From: the human T2T-CHM13v2.0 reference genome, Homo sapiens
Strand: one strand, 5' to 3'
Assembly: GCF_009914755.1 (NCBI RefSeq)
Contig: NC_060925.1
Length of the DNA stretch: 64,000 nucleotides
Positions 54,403 through 64,000 of the stretch are shown here, piece after piece; the first letter of the stretch is position 1, and each line of letters begins with the position of its first letter. The translations under genes and the position numbers were made by a program. Below the pieces are notes generated by a model, which worked only from the letters and a program-made list of their open reading frames with translations, did not search any database and was not told the DNA's origin.

Positions 54403-57400
54403 CTTCACTGCATTTTTGACTCAGCTCTCCTGTAATCTCAAGAATGCAAAACTTTCTGTGGTTCTGCCCACTTGCCCTCCTTGTTTCTCTGTGCCTCGCT
54501 GTGTCTCTCGCCAAGGTCTAACAGGCTGGTTTAATTTCTCCTGATTTACTAATTTACCTGATTTTATTTGAATCAAACTAACTTTGATTCCATGTCTTCA
54601 TGCTGATTCATAGATATCTCCCCTGAATTCTCCTCTGATCAGTGTTGTCCATTCAGCATTTCTCTACCTCTTACGACTATCATCACTGCTCCACAAAGGA
54701 GCATATTGGTAATTCTTCCCTGTTGATCTTTGTTTCATTTGCCTTATTTTATTTCAACCATAAAATAATAGCAAATACTTACATCACGTTGCTTTGATCC
54801 AAGCTCTGTTCTAAATGTCTTACATGTATTGCTATTCATAACAATTTCTCCTCTCCCAGGCACCATTATTACATCCATTTCATAGAGGTGGACACTGGAG
54901 CACAGAGATGTTAAATAGTTTGCTAAAAACCTGCAAGGACACAAAACTAGGCACATCGGCTTACATCCATGCTTATCACCAGTATATAATACAATAGAAT
55001 AATAATGATACCTCTTACTATGATATTTCCCCATTAAATTTTGTAAATACCAAGACTGCCAATCAGTTACTCTTCTGAAAGGATGATGGTCTGTCACATC
55101 CCTAAGTTATTTCATTTAGGAATGCAAATGTCGTTCATGTTCTGTGTGTTTCCCTGTTCTTTCTAGTCATTTCCCAGTTTACTTCCCCATCTTTTTACTC
55201 GTTATGTCACTTTATTTAATTACTCAGAGCTAAAAGACAAATTTTCCTACTTTCAGTGAAATGTCAGTGAAATCTGGAGATATTAATAAAAAGGTTCTGA
55301 CCAAAAAAGCTCTAACAGGTTTCGACTCCCAGGTAGGAGGGAAAAAAATCCCCAAACAAATACCTGTGGTTTGAATAATTTGTAATTAATTCACTGGGTC
55401 TCTGATTGTGACTTCTTTCGCTGATCTGCTGTGGACACCGCCAAACTGTTTGACTGGCACTGTATCTCCACTGTTTCCTTTACATGGGGCAGTTCAATTC
55501 CTACTAATTAGCACTCAGCCGGAGTCTTCCTGTTTGCCTACCTCTAGCTTAGACGAAAGGGTTTCCATGTCATGATTTTCAGGTGGGGCCAGGTGCTCCT
55601 TCTGGAGTAATCTTTTGTCCAGTATTATTACTCCTACTTGAAATAGAGGTGGAAGAGAGACTTTCCTTCTCCCAGAGCAGAATCACACTCCTGTATCCTT
55701 CATGAATAGAGAACTAGGTTCCATCTAAATCCACATACATCTTGGTGTTCTGGGATGATTTTGACTGTGTTTTATTTTTGCAAAACAGTTGTAACCATAG
55801 ATGAGAAACAGTACCATGGGGGGTGGGGCATGGTGGTTTCTAAGTCTGTGGTTTTCCTGGGCTTTCTGCAGTGATCATGGGAGCACCAGCGTCATGGCTT
55901 GCTTTGTCCCCACGTTGGCCTCCTGTGCCTGTGTGGCTACCAGTCTAATTCCATTCACTTCTTCTCCCAAATGTAAGCTTATGCCTACTTGCGATGGGGC
56001 AAAATCCCCAGGCTAGATTCTTCTTGGTAGGTAAAGTCAGCCTACGTAGAGCACTCTTGCCCTGTGGCTTGTTTCTAGTTTTTCTATACAGATTCTCAAC
56101 AAATTTTGTTCAACCTCAGACAGCCTGAGTTGTGACCTGTGAATATACAATAGCAAAGTCAACTTTGATCTCTAATGAAGTTCCTACAGATTTGTAAGTC
56201 AAGTAACAAAAGTCTAAGTCTATCAGTAAAAAGCAAACAGGACCACTTTTTTTTGGTTACAAAAAACATGATAAGGAATATTCTCTACCCATCACAGCAC
56301 TTGGCCACAGCTCCCAATACCATTAAGTTATTTCTAGACATTTAGTTACATCCTTGGAGATTTTCCTTTCTCGGGAGAACATAAATAATTCACAGTTACA
56401 ACCATAAAAGTTTTAAGGCAAATGGCTAAATATTTGCACGTATTAAACATGCAGTGCCTGCAGCCTCAATTTTGTGTTCTACAAACAAACAGCACAGAAA
56501 TTTGCCGAATTCACCAAGTAAAATTTTTCCTCAAATTGAAACACAGATAAGGAAATCCTAGCACTAAGAAATATAAATTCCCTATGTTGTGTCCTCTGTC
56601 TTTTCTACATTTAAAATAATAACGGTTTTAAATGAAATTCTCCAGATATAAAGTATTTCAGTTATTCTATTTACACTTAACAATTATGAATCTTGTTATG
56701 AGTAAATAAATAAATGGCAGATTTATTTTGTTTAAACAGAATGTGAGAACCAACAGTCCATTTATATTCATTCACTTATTCATTTGGCAAACACGAGATG
56801 ACCTTCCCTGGGTCAGAGTGAGCTGGGTGACAAGGAGGCAAAATTAAATCAATATCTGCTCTCAAGGGCTCGTTCTGTAATGGGGGATTGAAATGAGAAT
56901 TTTAAAAATGTGAATGTGCTTGTTACTACAAAAGGAGGAATAATTAATTCATCTCAGGGCATTGGTAAAGACTCACCAAATGAGGTAACTTTCAACCTTT
57001 GCAAGCTGATTGAGATTTTGCAGTCTTAGACGGTGGGAGTGTATTTAGATCTGAGAATAACATCAGCAAAGGATTGAAGGTGGGCAAGTTCCTATAAGTT
57101 TCAAGAGGGCCTTGCCTGTCTGGTTCACTGCTGATCCCATTCCTTGGAACAGTGCCTGGTAGGTGCTTAATAAATATATATGATTCATATGTAGGTATAC
57201 ATATTAATTGTTGTTTGTGGGAGGAAGCGGCAGGAATTGAGGCTGCAAAGGAAGGTTGCACTATCTGGTTTAGGGACTGATATTCTATGCTAAGGGGAGT
57301 GGACTTTGACCTTGGAAGGTCTGGGAAGCCATTAAAGATTTTAAGCAAGGGAGTGACATTGATTAAATGTGTGTTTCAGCATAACCACCTACAGTTTGGA

Positions 57401-58891
57401 GGATGGGTTGGGGAGGGAGGAGAAACTGGAGGAGAGGATATAGTAAGAGGCTATTCACTGAAAGGAGAGGATGAGTTTAGGAGATAAATTTGGACACAGG
57501 ATTAATGAATTTTAACAATTAGATTTAGGAAAATGAGAAAGTGAAAGAGGATTCAAAAATGACTTCAGGTTTTTAGCTTGAATATATGGATGCACGATGG
57601 ATGAGAGAAGCAATTTTACATATATACGTACAAAGAAAGGTGTTATGTTCAGCTTTTGAAAAAGTTAGTTGGGGGTACTTAGAGACATTCTCATTGAAAT
57701 GTCCAGAAGATAATTAGGAGATGATATTTGAAATCAACTTGGAATAGTCAACCTAAGTTCTTGTAACTCCTCACTACTAAGGTAAATCATGCATGTTAAA
57801 TGGCCAGTACCCTGAGACCAACCCTAGTTTATTGCTGTACAATACTTAATTCTAATATAAACTCTCAGTACTGTAATTTGTGTGTTCTCTGTGTAGCAAC
57901 TGGTAGCTTTTGTTTATGCTTATTCCAAACTTATGGAATGAAAATAAGTTTATATAACTTGGATGAAGTATAAGACTTAAAAGACTCTTTCCATAGATTA
58001 AAAGTTAATTATAGTTATATACTGTAGAGAGGAAAGGCAGCTAATGTTACTGGCCTTTTGTTGTCAGGCCTCATTAAGTTGCATGAATTGACTAAGTATT
58101 GAGATTTAGTGGCAGAAATAAAATGTAAGTAGACATTACTTCCTATTGTTTTATGATTCTTTTAAAATACGTTTCTTACTATAAAAGTTATGCATGCTCA
58201 TTTCACAGAATTTATGAAATATTGGGAGAGAAGTATACAAATCCAGCAATAACCAAGACTAACCTTTTTAGGTAATAACTTCTGGTCTTTTTTAAAATAT
58301 GTATTTTATACAAATGAATATATTTTACATAGTTGCAATTATAATGTATATGTTATTTTGGATCTACTCTTAAAAAGTTACATTGATTATTATATATTTC
58401 TATGATGTTAAAAGGTTCTCTCAAATCATTTCTATAAACTTATTAAAACATAAAATTCAATTGTTTTGCATTATTAGTTGTAGTTAGTTGAAATTTTTTT
58501 AAGTAATTTGTAGTATATTTATAATTCTTTCATTCCATAATACTGTTATGATCTGCCAAGCTTTTAAATTTGAGAATCTAACCATAAGCTTCACGACTAT
58601 AGCTATTTCTTGGTCTTATTGAATGTATTTAGAATTTAGTGGTCAAATGATTGTAACTATTGATATTATAATCTTCATTAAGCACTGTTTCTCTGCATCA
58701 TTTTTCATCCAAGTGTTCAAAGCATATATCAGCATAATTTAAATATACGCATAATATTGTATACCTATTCCTTTTTTTATTTAAAAATGGACTCTTTGGT
58801 GTTTCTCATTTGTTGTCCTTTAAGAATTTTTTATTATACAAAAGCACATTTGCTGTTTATTTCAATAAAATTAAAAATCAAATTTATTTCA

Positions 58892-59197
<306 letters not shown>

Positions 59198-59689
59198 TTA
59201 TTCCAATAAACCAGGGTTATTCTTGAGGTATTGGCCATCTAGTATGCCTGCATATTTCAGTTTATTCCAATAAAATTGAAAATAAAACGTGTTTTCTCTG
59301 ACTTTATTGTTATAATTAATAGAATTAGAAGCGGTCAATGTTTTTCAACTATTTATTTATTGGATCTGACCTGATAGAATTGAAAAACAAAGAAACTGTT
59401 TTAATGTTAAACCCCAAATTCTGAAAGCTTTCTATTAGACTAGGCTAAATAGGAGAAAAATCGGGGATTTGTTTTCATATAGCCATTTTTGCACTTTGTG
59501 ACATACGCTATTTACTTCCAAAATCTGGTCATATCTTTTCTAATATATTCAGTTTATTCACTCTATGGGCCTTCATGAGTGTTTATTTTAGCACGAAAAT
59601 TTATTGGTCTTCGTCTTAACTTCTTGGTCTTTTTTCTTAATGGTTATATTGTATTCCACGATTGGCAATCTTTTTCTGAAAAAGGCTAG

Positions 59690-60426
59690 TGTCTTAGTCA
59701 AGTAGGACTGTTGTAGCAAAATATCACAAACTGGGTGATTTATAAACAACAGAAATGTATTTCTCACAGTTCTAGATTCTGGGAAGTCCAAGATCAAGGC
59801 TCCTGCAGATATGGCATCCTGAGGGCCTCCTTTCTCATAGAAAGTTCGTCCTCACATGGTGGAAGGGACAGCAAGCTCCCTTGGGGCCTCCTTTATAAAG
59901 GCACTAATCCCATTCTTAAGGGCTCTACCTTCATGACCTAATCACCTCCCCAAGGGGAACATCTCCTAATACCATTGTCAGGCCTTTGAGCCCAAAGGCT
60001 GGATGTACACTGTGACCTGCACGTGTACATCCAGATGGCCTGAAGCAACTGAAGATCCACAAAGGAAGTGAAAATAGCCTTAACCGATGACATTCCACCA
60101 TTGTGATTTGCTCCTGTCCCACCCTAACTGATACGTATATTCTCCCCCACCCTTAAGAAGGTACTTTGTAATATTCTCCCCCGCCCTTAAGAATGTACTT
60201 TGTACACCTACCCCAAACCTATAAGAACTAATGATAATCCCACCATCCTTCGCTGACTCCTTTTTCAGACTCAGCCCGCCTGCACTCAGGTGAAATAAAC
60301 AGCCTTGTTGCTCACACAAAGCCTGTTGGTGGACTCTTCTCACGGACGCGCGTGACAACCATTGCCTTGGGGGTTAGGATTTCAACATATCAATTTTGGA
60401 GAGACGAAAACATTCAGACCATAGCA
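59690..60426 (-). mobile_element. MLT1A-like MaLR solo LTR interrupted by LTR7
   Basis: tgtcttagtc ... cattcagaccatagca termini; near 5-bp TSD gctag/gccag. Confidence 0.85.
59976..60357 (+). mobile_element. HERV-H solo LTR (LTR7 family, LTR7B-like) with perfect TSD ACCAT
   Basis: TGTCAGGCCT...CATCCAGATGGCCTGAAG...GGACGCGCGTGACA; internal ~33-bp tandem repeat; AATAAA at 60294. Confidence 0.92.
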
Positions 60427-60575
60427 GCCAGATAGTTACTATTACAGGCCGCGTGGACCATGAGGTCTGTTAGAATCACTCAACCCTGCCTTTGTAGTGT
60501 GAAAGCAGCCAGAGACAGTATGTAAATGCAGGTGCATAGAATACACAATAAAATTTTATTTATAAAAATAGGCAG
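60427..60575 (+). mobile_element. MER58A-like fragment
   Basis: gccagatagt...ttgtagtgtgaaagcagccagagacagtatgtaaa...caataaaattttattt. Confidence 0.7.
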
Positions 60576-60580
60576 TATGC

Positions 60581-61810
<1,230 letters not shown>

Positions 61811-63261
61811 AAAAAGGCAGCCGTGTGCTCTATAGCAATCAATAATGGGGAGAAAACAAACAAAAACATCGGGATAGCATGACCAGTCTATTAAAAATGC
61901 TTTTCCATTTCCATGATTTTATTTTAGCACAGAATGAATGAGTTTATTTTGTTTCTACGTTTTTAGTAATAGCAAAAAAAAAAGGTATTCAGTTTTAGTA
62001 TACTTATATAAAGATCTGCTTTAACTCGTCAGCCTCTTGTAGCATTAGTTTCTGTTGTCTTTGATTTTTAACTGTTATGCATTGTTGGAACACAGCAGCT
62101 GATTTTGAACAGCTCCAAAATGTAACTCAAAATCCTTTTGGCTGAATATATATTTGTGTTTTAACAAACTAAGTCATTAGTGAAGAAATTAGCATTAACA
62201 GTCCTCGTTTTGTAATGGATTGGGGCTTGGATCAAATATAGATTGTGACAGCCATAGAGAATTGCCTCTGTATTCTATGATACCTTTGTAAATGTAAAAC
62301 TTTGTATTTCTTTTCTAAGAATATTAACTCCATTTGAGATGTATGACCCTTTCCACAGGGTTCCTCTGGGGCCCTTCCCAATACTATGTAACTCTTAGAG
62401 GTGATGTTTTCTGTATGTTGGGTCTAATTGGTGTGAATGGGACCCATTCTCATTGTTGACAAGGCAAGCTTGTTCAGAAAACATGAACACAGAGGTACAC
62501 ATTTAGCTTTACAAGTTCATGCTAAAATTTCTGATAATGAAATTTATTTTCTCTTCTTTCCTTTTTAAACTTCAAGAAAAGGCATATACTATTTTATATT
62601 TTGTGGTGGCTAGTACCTAAAAATACCACGATTTTTAATCCCGTTTTATACATTGTGTTATTTCTGTTTATTTATGTCTTATTTTACATATTTCTCTTAT
62701 TTAACAAACTAAGAAATCTTGTGTACTATAAACCTCAAGGAGAATGTCATGATCTCCATGGATTGGGATGCACTGTTGCAGGATTACACTTTCAGTGCCA
62801 AGAAGCTTCATAAACTGGCCCTAACCCACCTGTCCCCTCCCCCACTCACTCTGTACATGAGGCACACCAGATATGCCCCACGTTCAAGACTTTACTCATG
62901 CACATACTGCCCTTCCTTTCCTGGAAAGCCTGAAAATGGTCATGAACGTATTCTTTAAGGCCCCACCTCTGTGTTGCTTCGTGTACTCCCTCCTTCGGGT
63001 AGCGTTACCGGCTTCCTCTGCTAAACACCACGTCTCAGTTGTTTGCCTTTTCTTCCCTCAACTGTGATGTCTTCATCTTTGGATATTAGTCCCCTCTCCC
63101 AAACACCACCTGTCACCTATCACAGTGCCTTGTAACAGTCACATTGAGCACAGATAATTACATGTTGTACTGAATGCACCTATGTAGAAAAAGGAAGACA
63201 CTGGTCATTGTACACCAATTAATCATGTGTTTTTTTTCCTCTTTCTTTGTTTTATCTTTAG

Positions 63262-63380
63262 GCATTCTGGAAGTTTTACACTGTGTTTTAGTAGAAAGTC
63301 CAGAAGCTCTAAATATTATTAAAGAAGGACATATTAAATCTATTATCTCACTTTTAGACAAACATGGAAGAAATCACAAG
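63262..63380 (+). CDS. RYR2: RYR2 coding exon (exon 18), 119 nt, phase 1-0, [40 protein letters not shown]
   Basis: Long pyrimidine tract then tttag| acceptor, AAG|gtaaat donor; overlaps ORF 63174..63410. Confidence 0.98.
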
Positions 63381-63500
63381 GTAAATGAACTATTTTATTT
63401 CCCTGAATGAATTCTCAAATCCTTTTAGATATATTTTTAAATACAATAACTTTTAAAAAGTGTGTCAAATTTTTCATGAGTGTTTTTAATCTCTTAATTA

Positions 63501-63786
63501 TTTTTTGAGATGCAGTCGAGCTCTGTCGCCCAGGCTGGAGTGCAGTGGCGCGATCTCAGCCCACTGCAACCTCCGCCTCTAGGGTTCAAGCATTCTCCTG
63601 TCTCAGCCTCTCAAGTAGCTGGGACTACAGGTGCATGCCACCATGCCCGGCTAATTTTTGTATTTTTAGTAGAGACAGGGTTTTACCATATTGGTCAGGC
63701 TGGTCTTGAGCTCCTGACCTCAGGTGATCCACCTGCCTTGGCCTCCCAAAATTCTGGGATTACAGGCATGAGCCACCGCGCCTGGG
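63501..63786 (-). mobile_element. AluS
   Basis: Reverse Alu dimer 120 nt downstream of exon 18. Confidence 0.95.
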
Positions 63787-64000
63787 CTTCATCTCTTAAT
63801 CATGATCAAGTAATATTTTTTAGTGTTTATTCATAGCATCAGTGGGAACATGAACAGTTCTCAATTTATATATGAAGAAAAGTTGGAAAATTAGTGGGAA
63901 ACTACTGTAATGTTTAAATAACTGAGTCAAATGTAACTGGAGGAATGCATTTGCTTTGTAAAAAAGTGCTGCTGATGCTTGATTCTGAAGGGGGAATTCG

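Noticed and set aside
55317-55345. ggtttcgactcccagg resembling a tRNA T-arm or B box
   Set aside because: No acceptor, D or anticodon arms nearby; too short to support a tRNA.

Overview
Human-type (primate) genomic DNA, AT-rich and repeat-dense, entirely inside the cardiac ryanodine receptor gene RYR2 on the + strand. It holds six internal coding exons with canonical AG/GT ends that splice in frame. They match, from recall, exons 13-18 (about c.1006-1827, residues ~336-609, N-terminal domain into the N-terminal solenoid, including CPVT hotspots G357, R414, I419, R420, L433). About 99% of the window is intron: ~20 Alu/FLAM copies, L1 fragments, several solo LTRs (an ERV1 LTR hosting the MIR4428 hairpin; an HERV-H LTR7-type LTR nested in an MLT1A LTR), DNA-transposon relics and microsatellites. 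Nearly all ORF-track entries are repeat or low-complexity artefacts. No new protein-coding system is supported. Most notable unexplained structures: (1) a ~2.1 kb nested inverted-repeat architecture in intron 17, with a perfect 46-bp hairpin almost at its centre; (2) an in-frame cryptic GTAAGT donor inside weakly flanked exon 15, completed by a synonymous base; (3) a ~350 bp AT-rich palindrome in intron 12; (4) candidate cryptic or poison exons. Exon numbers, variant identities and repeat subfamilies are from recall, not from a database search.
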